Source: Acidimicrobiales bacterium
GTDB taxonomy: Bacteria; Actinomycetota; Acidimicrobiia; Acidimicrobiales; WLNW01
Direction: 5' to 3'
DNA: 64,000 nt
Assembly (NCBI GenBank): GCA_039934635.1
Contig: JBDTLT010000011.1
Coordinates: 5,118 to 69,117 of the forward strand
Shown here: positions 9,333 through 17,235 of the stretch, one piece after another
Layout: each line of letters starts with the position of its first letter
Position numbering within the stretch: the stretch's first letter is position 1
The notes under the pieces: model-generated
Seen by the model: only the letters and a program-made list of their open reading frames with translations
The model's database searches: none
Told to the model about the DNA's origin: nothing
Position numbers and translations under genes: made by a program

Positions 9333-9803
9333 CTAGGCGGTCGCGTCGTCGAGGCCGATGGCGAGGGTGTTCCAGGCCAACGTCGCACACTTGATGCGCG
9401 ATGCGAACTTGACCACGCCGCGGAGCGCTTCGAGGTCACCGAGCTTGATCTCGGCACCGTTGTCGTCGGTCTCGCTCGTCGTGCCGTCGAGCTCGTTTTC
9501 GTGGATCGACATCATCCCTTTGAAGGCACGCGTGGTCGAGCGCGCCTCGTTGACGCTCTTGCCCTTGACCGCGACGCTCATCATCGAGGCCGACGCCTTG
9601 CTGATCGAGCAGCCCTGACCGGTGATGCGCACGTCTCTGACACGGCCGTCGGCGACGTCGACGTAGACCGCCACCTCGTCACCGCACAGCGGGTTGAACC
9701 CCTCCGCACGATGCGCGGGCGGACACTCGAGGGTGCCGTTGTTACGGGGATTGCGGTAGTGATCGAGGATGATCTCGCGGTAGAGATCTTCGAGCCCAGG
9801 CAT
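9333..9803 (-). CDS. sufU: SufU (SUF system NifU-like scaffold / Zn sulfurtransferase)
   Basis: LYREIILDHYRNPRN, NPLCGDE, GQGCSISKASAS, F.SRIKCATLAW; ATG at 9803. Confidence 0.96.
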   Translation of the reverse strand: MPGLEDLYREIILDHYRNPRNNGTLECPPAHRAEGFNPLCGDEVAVYVDVADGRVRDVRITGQGCSISKASASMMSVAVKGKSVNEARSTTRAFKGMMSIHENELDGTTSETDDNGAEIKLGDLEALRGVVKFASRIKCATLAWNTLAIGLDDATA

Positions 9804-9819
9804 TTGTGACCTCGCGACG

Positions 9820-11049
9820 TCAGATGGCAAAGAATTGGCCGGCGGCCTCGAGCGCATCGGCGAGCCGATCGACATCGGACTCGTCGTTGTACACGTAGAA
9901 CGAAGCGCGGGCGGTTGCGGTGATACCGAGCTTGCGCATGAGTGGCTTTGCGCAGTGATGGCCCGCACGTACACAGACACCGTATTGATCGAGCACTTGG
10001 CTGATGTCGTGCGCGTGGATGTCTTTGTAGGTGAAGGAGAACACGGCACCGCGCTGCGCCGGCTCGGACGGGCCGTAGATGTGCAAGTCGTCGCCGAAGC
10101 GTTCGGTCAGTGTGCGCATGGTGTAAGCGGCGAGGGTGACTTCGTGCTCGCGCACCGCGTCCATGCCGAGGCCGCGGAGGTAGTCGACCGCCGCGCCCAG
10201 CCCGATGATCTCCGCGATGGGGGGAGTGCCCGCTTCGAATTTCCACGGCACGTCGTTGGTGGTGAATCCGTCGAAGCGCACGTCTCGGATCATTTCGCCG
10301 CCGCCCAAGAACGGCGGCATGGCGTCGAGGATCTCTTGGCGACCCCAGAGCACGCCGATGCCCGTCGGGCCGCACATCTTGTGTCCGCTGAACGCCAACA
10401 GGTCGGCGCCGAGTGCGTGCACATCGGTGGCGAGGTGGGGCACGTACTGGCAGGCGTCGATGCACACGGTGGCACCCGCGGCGTGCGCGGCGTCGGCGAT
10501 GCGGCGCATCGGAGTGAGCGTGCCGAGGACGTTGGACATCGCAGTGATCGACACGAGCTTGGCGCCGTCGAGGTAGCGATCGAGCTCGTCGACGCACAAC
10601 ATGCCGTCGTCCCGAATCGGTAGCCACCGCAGCTCGATGCCGCGCTCGGCGGCGAGCATGTGCCACGGCACGATGTTGGCGTGGTGCTCCATCTCGGTGA
10701 GCACGACGGCGTCGCCCTCTTTGAGGTTGGCCCGGCCCCAGGAATGCGCCACGAGGTTGAGCGACTCGGTGGCGTTCTTGGTGAAGACGACCTCGTTGTA
10801 GTCGCCACCGATGAACCCGGCGACCGCGCGGCGCGCGCCTTCCATCTGGTTGGTGGCTTCTTCGGCGATGCGATACACACCGCGGTGCACGTTGGCGTTG
10901 ATCGTCTCGTAGTAGGTCGTCATCGCGTCGATCACGACCCGCGGCTTTTGCGACGTCGCGGCGGAGTCGACGTAGACGATGGGGTGCCCGTCGACCTTTT
11001 GGTCGAGCAGAGGGAAGTCCTTCTTGATGCGCTCAGTGTCGAGTGCCAT
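9820..11049 (-). CDS. sufS: Cysteine desulfurase SufS
   Basis: YVDSAATSQKP, ANVHRGVY, MEHHANIVPW, FSGHKMCGPTGIG (PLP Lys), VRAGHHCA (catalytic Cys). ATG at 11049 overlaps the sufC2 stop. Confidence 0.97.
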   Translation of the reverse strand: MALDTERIKKDFPLLDQKVDGHPIVYVDSAATSQKPRVVIDAMTTYYETINANVHRGVYRIAEEATNQMEGARRAVAGFIGGDYNEVVFTKNATESLNLVAHSWGRANLKEGDAVVLTEMEHHANIVPWHMLAAERGIELRWLPIRDDGMLCVDELDRYLDGAKLVSITAMSNVLGTLTPMRRIADAAHAAGATVCIDACQYVPHLATDVHALGADLLAFSGHKMCGPTGIGVLWGRQEILDAMPPFLGGGEMIRDVRFDGFTTNDVPWKFEAGTPPIAEIIGLGAAVDYLRGLGMDAVREHEVTLAAYTMRTLTERFGDDLHIYGPSEPAQRGAVFSFTYKDIHAHDISQVLDQYGVCVRAGHHCAKPLMRKLGITATARASFYVYNDESDVDRLADALEAAGQFFAI

Positions 11050-11789
11050 CACCGCCAGCTTTCGTAGCCGTCTCTCTCGAGCCGCTCTACGAGCTCGAGG
11101 CCGCCGGTAGCGACGATGCGGCCGTCGATCATGATGTGAACGACATCGGGTACCAGCTCTTCGAGCAAGCGCTGATAGTGCGTGATCGCGAGCACGCCCA
11201 TCGAGGGGCGGTCGCGGTGAACTTCGTTGACGCCTTGGGCGACGATGCGCAGCGCGTCGATATCGAGACCCGAGTCGGTCTCGTCGAGGATCGCCAACTC
11301 GGGCTCGAGGATGGCGAGTTGCAGGACCTCGTTGCGTTTCTTCTCGCCACCGGAGAAGCCCTCGTTGAGGTAGCGATCGGCGAAGGACGAATCCATGCCG
11401 AGGCGTTGCATCCACTCCATGATCGACAGCCGCAACTCGAGCACCGAGAGATCGAGGCCCTTGCGGGCGGACAGCGCCTGGCGCAAGAAGTTGATGACCG
11501 AGACGCCGGCGATCTCTTGCGGGTACTGGAAAGCGAGGAACATGCCGGATTTGCCACGCACGTCGGCCGGCCAACTGGAGATGTCGTCGCCCTTGAAGAG
11601 GATCGAGCCTTCGGTCATCGCGTACTCGGGGTTGCCGAGTAGCACATTGGCCAGCGTCGACTTGCCCGAGCCGTTGGGACCCAAAAGCGCGTGGATCTCG
11701 CCGGGGGCGATCGTCAGGTCGACGCCCCGCAGGATCGGGGTGGAACCAGCGCCGGCATGCAGGTTGCGCACCTCGAAGAGCGGGGTCAT
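11049..11789 (-). CDS. sufC: Fe-S cluster assembly ATPase SufC (copy 2)
   Basis: GPNGSGKST, FLAFQYPQEI, RYLNEGFSGGEKKRNE, LDETDSGLDIDAL, ITHYQRLL. Start MTPLF at 11789 with TAGACT 7 nt upstream (leaderless-type). Confidence 0.96.
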   Translation of the reverse strand: MTPLFEVRNLHAGAGSTPILRGVDLTIAPGEIHALLGPNGSGKSTLANVLLGNPEYAMTEGSILFKGDDISSWPADVRGKSGMFLAFQYPQEIAGVSVINFLRQALSARKGLDLSVLELRLSIMEWMQRLGMDSSFADRYLNEGFSGGEKKRNEVLQLAILEPELAILDETDSGLDIDALRIVAQGVNEVHRDRPSMGVLAITHYQRLLEELVPDVVHIMIDGRIVATGGLELVERLERDGYESWR

Positions 11790-11817
11790 GGCCCGAAGTC
11801 TAGGCAAATCCGAGGGC

Positions 11818-11843
11818 ATTTGCACTATGCCGGTAGTGGTAAT
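11818..11843. promoter_or_regulatory. Best copy of the suf operator-like palindrome, over the predicted -35 of sufC2-sufS-sufU
   Basis: ATTTGCACTAT-GCCG-GTAGTGGTAAT; the minus-strand -10 TAGACT is at 11797-11802. Confidence 0.65.
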
Positions 11844-11872
11844 TGCGGTGTCGAGCGGGCGCGTCGCCGGCC

Positions 11873-12313
11873 TCAAACCGAGGCGAGCAGGTCTTGCTTC
11901 CACGCCCGGAATCGCTCGTGGTGACTGCCGCTAGGCCCCTCACCTTCGGCGGATCCGTCGGCATGCAGACGGAACAAGAACTGGCGCGTGAGGTCCTCGC
12001 GGTCCACCGCGAAATAGCGGGCGTCGGCCTCGACTGCAGGCCCAGCGCGCCAGAGCAACCAGCGGCCGATGCGGCGCTTGTACATCGCGACTTGGAACTG
12101 CGGGTCGCTGTGGCCGAGGTCGTCGCCCAATGTGAGTAGGGCGGCGGGCGCTTCGATCCATGCCGTCGCGGGGATGTTGCGGTCGCGAGTGGGGGTGTCG
12201 GGGAGGTCGGCCGTATGCCGCAACGTGTTGTCGATGGGGCGTTCGTCGTAGCGCAAGGCTCGTTCCACCCGGCCAGTCTGCCGCGCGATGAGTGGAGTAC
12301 ATCTCGGCGTCAT
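11873..12313 (-). CDS. Hypothetical protein
   Basis: Open frame filling the gap, globular-looking C-terminus (YKRRIGRWLLWRAGP...HERFRAWKQDL). Start uncertain. Confidence 0.6.
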   Translation of the reverse strand: MTPRCTPLIARQTGRVERALRYDERPIDNTLRHTADLPDTPTRDRNIPATAWIEAPAALLTLGDDLGHSDPQFQVAMYKRRIGRWLLWRAGPAVEADARYFAVDREDLTRQFLFRLHADGSAEGEGPSGSHHERFRAWKQDLLASV

Positions 12314-12381
12314 AGTAGAAAGTGCCAGCAGAGACGAGCGCACGCCGGCGTGGTTCCGGTGACGCAAGGAGCCCGACACGC

Positions 12382-13497
12382 ATGAATTTCGCGTTCAGCG
12401 AAGAACAAGAAGAGCTTCGGCGCATCACGCGCCAGTTCCTCGACGACAAGTCGGACGAACAGGCAGTGCGCGCATTGATGGCGACCGAGAAGGGTTTCGA
12501 CGACGCCGTCTGGCGGCAGATGGCCGATCAGATGGGCCTGCAGGGCCTCATCGTCCCCGAGGACTGCGGGGGCTCGGGCTACTCCTACGTCGAATTGATC
12601 GTCGTGCTCGAAGAGATGGGCCGGTCGTTGCTGTGCGCCCCCTACTTCTCGACCGTGGTGCTCGCGGCCAACTCGTTGATCCACAGCGGCGACGACGCGG
12701 CGAAGAAACAACACCTGCCGGGCATCGCGTCGGGCGAGACGATTGCGACGCTCGCGTTCACCGAGGACAACGGCCGGTGGGACGAGTCGGGCATCACGAT
12801 GGTCGCCACGGCGGCCGGTGACGGGTGGACGCTCAACGGCCACAAGATGTACGTGCTCGACGGCCACGTCGCGAACCTCATCATCGTCGCGGCACGCACC
12901 GGTAAGGGTGTCTCGTTGTTCACCGTCGATGCCGATGCCGCCGGACTGTCGCGCACTGCGTTGCAGACGATGGACCAGACCCGCAAGCAAGCCCGGCTCG
13001 AGTTCGACAACACACCGGCCAAGCTGCTCGGCGCGGATGGCGACGGTTGGAAAGTGCTCGAGCGAGTGCTCGATCTCGCGGCAGTTGCGCTGGCGGCCGA
13101 ACAGGTCGGTGGCGCGCAGAAGTGCCTCGACATGAGTGTCGAATACGCCAAGGTGCGCGTGCAGTTCGGTCGCCCGATCGGGAGCTTCCAGGCCATCAAG
13201 CACAAGTGCGCCGACATGCTGCTCGAGGTCGAGTCGGCCAAGTCCGCCGCGTACTACGCCGGCTGGTGTGCGTCCGAGCTCAACGACGAATTGCCGTCGG
13301 TGGCTTCGCTCGCCAAGGCCTATTGCTCCGAGGCCTACTTCCATGCGTCTGCCGAAAACATCCAGATTCATGGTGGTATCGGGTTCACCTGGGAGCACCC
13401 CGCGCACCTCTACTTCAAGCGGGCCAAGTCGTCAGAGCTGTTGTTCGGTGACCCGACGTATCACCGCGAGCTCCTCGCGCAGCGCATCGGTATCTAA
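12382..13497 (+). CDS. Acyl-CoA dehydrogenase, beta-subunit type (FadE27/IpdE2/FadE18-like)
   Basis: MNFAFSEEQEELR, RVQFGRPIGSFQAIKHKCADM, QIHGGIGFTWEHPAHLYFKRA; SD aagga upstream. Confidence 0.92.
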   Translation: MNFAFSEEQEELRRITRQFLDDKSDEQAVRALMATEKGFDDAVWRQMADQMGLQGLIVPEDCGGSGYSYVELIVVLEEMGRSLLCAPYFSTVVLAANSLIHSGDDAAKKQHLPGIASGETIATLAFTEDNGRWDESGITMVATAAGDGWTLNGHKMYVLDGHVANLIIVAARTGKGVSLFTVDADAAGLSRTALQTMDQTRKQARLEFDNTPAKLLGADGDGWKVLERVLDLAAVALAAEQVGGAQKCLDMSVEYAKVRVQFGRPIGSFQAIKHKCADMLLEVESAKSAAYYAGWCASELNDELPSVASLAKAYCSEAYFHASAENIQIHGGIGFTWEHPAHLYFKRAKSSELLFGDPTYHRELLAQRIGI

Positions 13498-13518
13498 CTT
13501 GGCGCAGCGGACGCGACG

Positions 13519-13974
13519 ATGACGATCGTCTTCGTCGTCATCGCCATCGTGATCGTGTTTGCGATCGCGGCGGCCACCGTCGGTACGGTCGTCGCCCGGC
13601 TCGCCGACGCGCCCCGGCCGACGGTGCTGAAGGTCGACGAATCGGTGGCGTGGATCGCCGAACGACTGCCGTTCGAGATCGCGGCCGAGGTCTCTTACGA
13701 GGACGTGCGCCGCATCCTCGACTGGCATCTCGACTACTTCGCCGATGTGGGCCTCGTGACCGACCACGGCCAGGAACTCGGTGGCGCCGCGGTCCCCGTG
13801 GGGCATGCCCCGGTCATCGGCTCGACCGAAGAATCGATCGATTACGTCGTGTCCCGGGCACTTGCTGCCGACTCGGAGATCACATCACTCCACGTCGTCG
13901 TGGTGCTCGACAAGCAGATGGAGTACTGGCAAGAAATTGGCGTTATCGGACCTCCCGCCGAGCCCGACGCATGA
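13519..13974 (+). CDS. Hypothetical protein with N-terminal membrane anchor
   Basis: Hydrophobic first 25 aa followed by an acidic soluble domain. Confidence 0.75.
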   Translation: MTIVFVVIAIVIVFAIAAATVGTVVARLADAPRPTVLKVDESVAWIAERLPFEIAAEVSYEDVRRILDWHLDYFADVGLVTDHGQELGGAAVPVGHAPVIGSTEESIDYVVSRALAADSEITSLHVVVVLDKQMEYWQEIGVIGPPAEPDA

Positions 13975-13989
13975 CACAATATTGGCACC

Positions 13990-14200
13990 AAGAGAGAGGA
14001 GGTGGTCCAAATCAGTAGTAGCAGTTCATTTGGGACCTTGGAGGTGGCTGGCCGCTAGTCGGCCGCTGGTCCAGCTGGCGAATCCCTGCCAGACCACCGC
14101 TATCGAAACCCGTCGAGTCCTGTCCCGCTCGGCACTGAAGGCGTTTCGATGGTTCACCAGAAATCCGAATTGCCGCGGGGGAGGGTTTACCCTCCCCCGT
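13990..14200 (+). ncRNA. Candidate structured RNA / micropeptide leader with two strong SD-like motifs
   Basis: AGGAGGTGG (13997-14005) and GGAGGTGG (14040-14047), plus a series of hairpins (14004-14037, 14050-14064, about 14067-14097, about 14103-14150, 14176-14199). No long ORF. Confidence 0.4.
14176..14199. other. Perfect 11-bp inverted repeat (hairpin/operator) 10 nt before the 14210 ORF
   Basis: cgggggagggt-tt-accctcccccg. Confidence 0.7.
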
Positions 14201-14209
14201 GTGCACGTT

Positions 14210-14419
14210 ATGGGAAGGAAATACGTGGTGGATCGACCGATCCGGTACGAACACAACCGCTTCCTCGGCGACAAGCGCCGCCAGTTCGTCTACGACCTCG
14301 ACGACGTGACCGAACGAGCCGTGATCGACGAACTCGTCGCGTCCGAGCAAGTCGCCACGTTCGGCCCCGACACCCTCTCCGAAGCGCGCAACCGCGGCTA
14401 CCGCCTGCGCCGAGCCTGA
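14210..14419 (+). CDS. Small hypothetical protein (69 aa)
   Basis: MGRKYVVDRPIRYEHNRFLGDKRRQFVYDLD...EARNRGYRLRRA, with strong GC3 bias. Confidence 0.7.
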   Translation: MGRKYVVDRPIRYEHNRFLGDKRRQFVYDLDDVTERAVIDELVASEQVATFGPDTLSEARNRGYRLRRA

Positions 14420-14426
14420 GGCGCGG

Positions 14427-15191
14427 ATGGCGGTGGCAACGGTCGACGTCGGCGGGCTGCGGCTCGCCGCGCACGTCGCTCGTCCCACCGGCGGCCCCCG
14501 CACCGGGCTGCCGGGTGTCGTTCTCGTACCCGGCTACCCGTCGGGCGCCGATCGGGGGGCGTCGGCGCCGGCGACGCATCCCGCGCTGGCCGACCGCATC
14601 GCCCAAGAGATGGGTTGGGTCGCACTGGCCCTCAATCCCCGCGGTACCAGCGGATCGCAGGGCAACTTCTCGCTCGACGGCTGGTTCGACGACGTGTTGG
14701 CGGCGGCCGAGCACCTCAACCGCACGGAGCGGGCCAACGGAGTGTGGCTCGCCGGGTTCGGTACCGGCGGCGCGATCAGCATCTGTGCCGGCGCCCGCGA
14801 CCTCCGAGTACGCGGCGTTGCGGCGCTGGGTGCGCCGGCCGATTTCGATGACTGGGCGCGGCACCCCAAGCGCCTCGTCGAGCACTCCCGGCTCGTCGGC
14901 ATCATCCGCGATGCGGACTTTCCGCCGTCGATCGACGAGTGGGCGGTCGGATTGCGCGAGCTGCGCGCCGCCGAGCACGCGGGTGAGCTCGCCCCCCGCG
15001 CGTTGTTGCTCGTGCACGGCAGCGAGGACCAGCTCGTGCCCGAGGCCGACGCCCGGACGATCGCCGAGGCCCACGGCACCGCCGATCTGCGGATCATCCG
15101 GGGCGCCGGTCACAACCTGCGCCAGGATCCACGGGCCATGGCCGTGTTGCTCGGTTGGCTCGACCGGCAGCGGCGGAGGGTTCCCTTCTAG
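14427..15191 (+). CDS. Alpha/beta hydrolase fold protein
   Basis: NPRGTSGSQG, nucleophile-elbow-like AGFGTGG (no canonical Ser), LLVHGSEDQLV, GAGHNL. Confidence 0.8.
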   Translation: MAVATVDVGGLRLAAHVARPTGGPRTGLPGVVLVPGYPSGADRGASAPATHPALADRIAQEMGWVALALNPRGTSGSQGNFSLDGWFDDVLAAAEHLNRTERANGVWLAGFGTGGAISICAGARDLRVRGVAALGAPADFDDWARHPKRLVEHSRLVGIIRDADFPPSIDEWAVGLRELRAAEHAGELAPRALLLVHGSEDQLVPEADARTIAEAHGTADLRIIRGAGHNLRQDPRAMAVLLGWLDRQRRRVPF

Positions 15192-15289
15192 CCCTCAACG
15201 ATGGGCGGAACTGGTCGCTCGCCTCATGCCCCGGCCGGGGCCACGCGGCATCATTGAGGTGACTTCAAACGCCGTAAGGGTCCTGGATC

Positions 15290-16111
15290 GTGACAGCACA
15301 GCCGACTACTCTCGGTGGATTACGTAGAGCGGCAGTGAACTTGCAACAGGACACCAGGCATTACACCGACCGGGCAAGGGAGGAGAGCGACGTGCCAGAG
15401 GCTTCTACGGCCGACGGGGTCGTATCGGTTCGCCGTGATCTGAACCCTGTTGCTGCGGTGGTCAACGGCGTTGCGCCGAGCTCGTCGGCCGATACCAACA
15501 TCGTTCGCTATGTCGGTGCCTACGATCGATTCTTCAAGCGCTGCATCGACCTCGTCGGTTCGGGCATCGCCCTCGTGATCCTGTTACCGGTCATCGCCGG
15601 TGTCGCTCTTGCGGTGCGCTTGATGCTCGGCCCCAACATCTTCTTTTGCCAAGAGCGCGTCGGTCGCAACGGCAAGACCTTCCGCATGATCAAGTTCCGT
15701 TCGATGCAGCACGACCGCCGCTCCGACAGCGCGGATTTCACGGGCAGCGATCGCCGGCAAACGCACAAAAGCCTCAACGATCCGCGCCACACTCCGGTGG
15801 GCCGCTTCATTCGCAAGTGGAGCCTCGACGAGTTGCCGCAGTTGTTCAATGTCCTCAAAGGCGACATGAGCCTCGTCGGCCCGCGGCCAGAGTTGGTGCG
15901 TGTCGCACAGGCCCACAATCTCATCGGGCATCCCCGCCATCTCGTGCGCCCAGGTATCACCGGCCTGTGGCAGGTCTCGCGTGAACGCAGTTCGTTGTTG
16001 CATGAGAACGTGCACATCGACACCGAGTACGTCACGCACGTGACCTTCCTCGGTGATGTAAAGATCTTGCTACGCACAGTGGGCGCAGTACTGCACGCAC
16101 GCGGACGCTGA
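15290..16111 (+). CDS. Sugar transferase (undecaprenyl-phosphate glycosyl-1-phosphate transferase family)
   Basis: KRCIDL, one TM, QERVG.NGK.F.MIKFRSM, GRFIRKWSLDELPQLFNVLKGDMSLVGPRP, RPGITGLWQV. True start probably downstream of 15290. Confidence 0.92.
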   Translation: MTAQPTTLGGLRRAAVNLQQDTRHYTDRAREESDVPEASTADGVVSVRRDLNPVAAVVNGVAPSSSADTNIVRYVGAYDRFFKRCIDLVGSGIALVILLPVIAGVALAVRLMLGPNIFFCQERVGRNGKTFRMIKFRSMQHDRRSDSADFTGSDRRQTHKSLNDPRHTPVGRFIRKWSLDELPQLFNVLKGDMSLVGPRPELVRVAQAHNLIGHPRHLVRPGITGLWQVSRERSSLLHENVHIDTEYVTHVTFLGDVKILLRTVGAVLHARGR

Positions 16112-16157
16112 GTGGTCTGCGGCGGCTTCCGCCACGCTTGGAAACTATCTGCTCGCG

Positions 16158-16182
16158 AAAACACACACGGAGTGTGCGTTTT
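16158..16182. terminator. Bidirectional intrinsic terminator between the sugar transferase and gmd
   Basis: aaaacacacac-gga-gtgtgcgtttt: stem flanked by A and T tracts between convergent genes. Confidence 0.6.
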
Positions 16183-16200
16183 TGGACGAAAGCGGCTGAT

Positions 16201-17235
16201 TCAATCGGGGGCTGCGAGGTCGGCGTCGACCATCATCGCCACGAGCTGATCGAATTTGACGGTCGGCTCCCATCCGAGATCGCGCTTCGCCTTGGCTGCG
16301 TCACCGAGCAAGATCTCGACTTCGGAAGGGCGGTGGTAGCGCGGGTGCACGCGAACGTGCTTTTCCCAGTCGAGCCCGACATGGCGGAACGCGGCTTCGC
16401 AGAACTCGCGCACCGTGTGTGCCTCGCCGGTGGCAACGACGTAGTCGTCGGGCGTGTCGACTTGCAGCATGCGCCACATCGCGTCGACGTAGTCGCCGGC
16501 GAAACCCCAGTCGCGACCCGCATCGAGGTTGCCGAGATAGAGGTGCTCTTGCTTGCCCTGCACGATGCGAGCAACGCCGCGCGTGATCTTGCGCGTCACG
16601 AATGTCTCTCCGCGTCGCGGACTCTCGTGATTGAAGAGGATGCCGTTCACCGCGAACATCCCGTAGGCCTCGCGGTAGTTGATCGTCGCCCAATACGCGA
16701 ACACCTTGGCGACACCGTAAGGACTGCGCGGATGGAACTTCGTGTCCTCGTTCTGCGGTGGCGGAGACGAGCCGAACATCTCTGACGACGACGCTTGGTA
16801 GAAGCGCACTGGTCCGCCGTATTGCCGGATGGCCTCGAGCACGCGCGTGGTGCCGACCGCGGTTGCCTCGGCCGTGTACTCGGGCATCTCGAAGCTGACC
16901 GCGACATGGCTCTGTGCTGCGAGGTGGTACACCTCGTCGGGCTGAATCTGTGCGAGCAGTCGCGTCAACAACGTCGAGTCGGTCACGTCGCCGTAGTGCA
17001 AGTAGAGGCGACGGTCTTCGTGATATGGATCTTGGTAGATGTGATCCAGGCGATGGGTGTTGATCATCGAGGACCGCCGGATGACGCCGTGGACCTCGTA
17101 ACCCTTTTGCATCAACTGTTCGGCGAGATACGAGCCGTCCTGGCCACCGATGCCGGTGATCAGTGCCCGCCGGCCGATCAGACCTGAACGCCGCTCGTGC
17201 CCCGCAGTTGCTCTTGGGTCTGACTGAGATACCAC
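16201..17235 (-). CDS. gmd: GDP-mannose 4,6-dehydratase
   Basis: [64 protein letters not shown]. Start uncertain (GTG 17235 or CTG 17181). Confidence 0.96.
   Translation of the reverse strand: MVSQSDPRATAGHERRSGLIGRRALITGIGGQDGSYLAEQLMQKGYEVHGVIRRSSMINTHRLDHIYQDPYHEDRRLYLHYGDVTDSTLLTRLLAQIQPDEVYHLAAQSHVAVSFEMPEYTAEATAVGTTRVLEAIRQYGGPVRFYQASSSEMFGSSPPPQNEDTKFHPRSPYGVAKVFAYWATINYREAYGMFAVNGILFNHESPRRGETFVTRKITRGVARIVQGKQEHLYLGNLDAGRDWGFAGDYVDAMWRMLQVDTPDDYVVATGEAHTVREFCEAAFRHVGLDWEKHVRVHPRYHRPSEVEILLGDAAKAKRDLGWEPTVKFDQLVAMMVDADLAAPD

Noticed and set aside
9820-11574. 584-aa SufS with a long N-terminal extension (also the extended starts of ORFs 17571, 23502, 26884, 46057..48030, 49376, 57530 and 58493)
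   Set aside because: The extensions are out-of-frame overlaps with neighbouring real genes; the conserved domains start at the downstream ATGs given in features.
14140-14200. Possible cobalamin or other known riboswitch in the structured region
   Set aside because: AAATCCG resembles part of the B12 element, but the GGGAA and GCAACTGT/B12-box motifs are missing; glycine, TPP and SAM cores are also absent.
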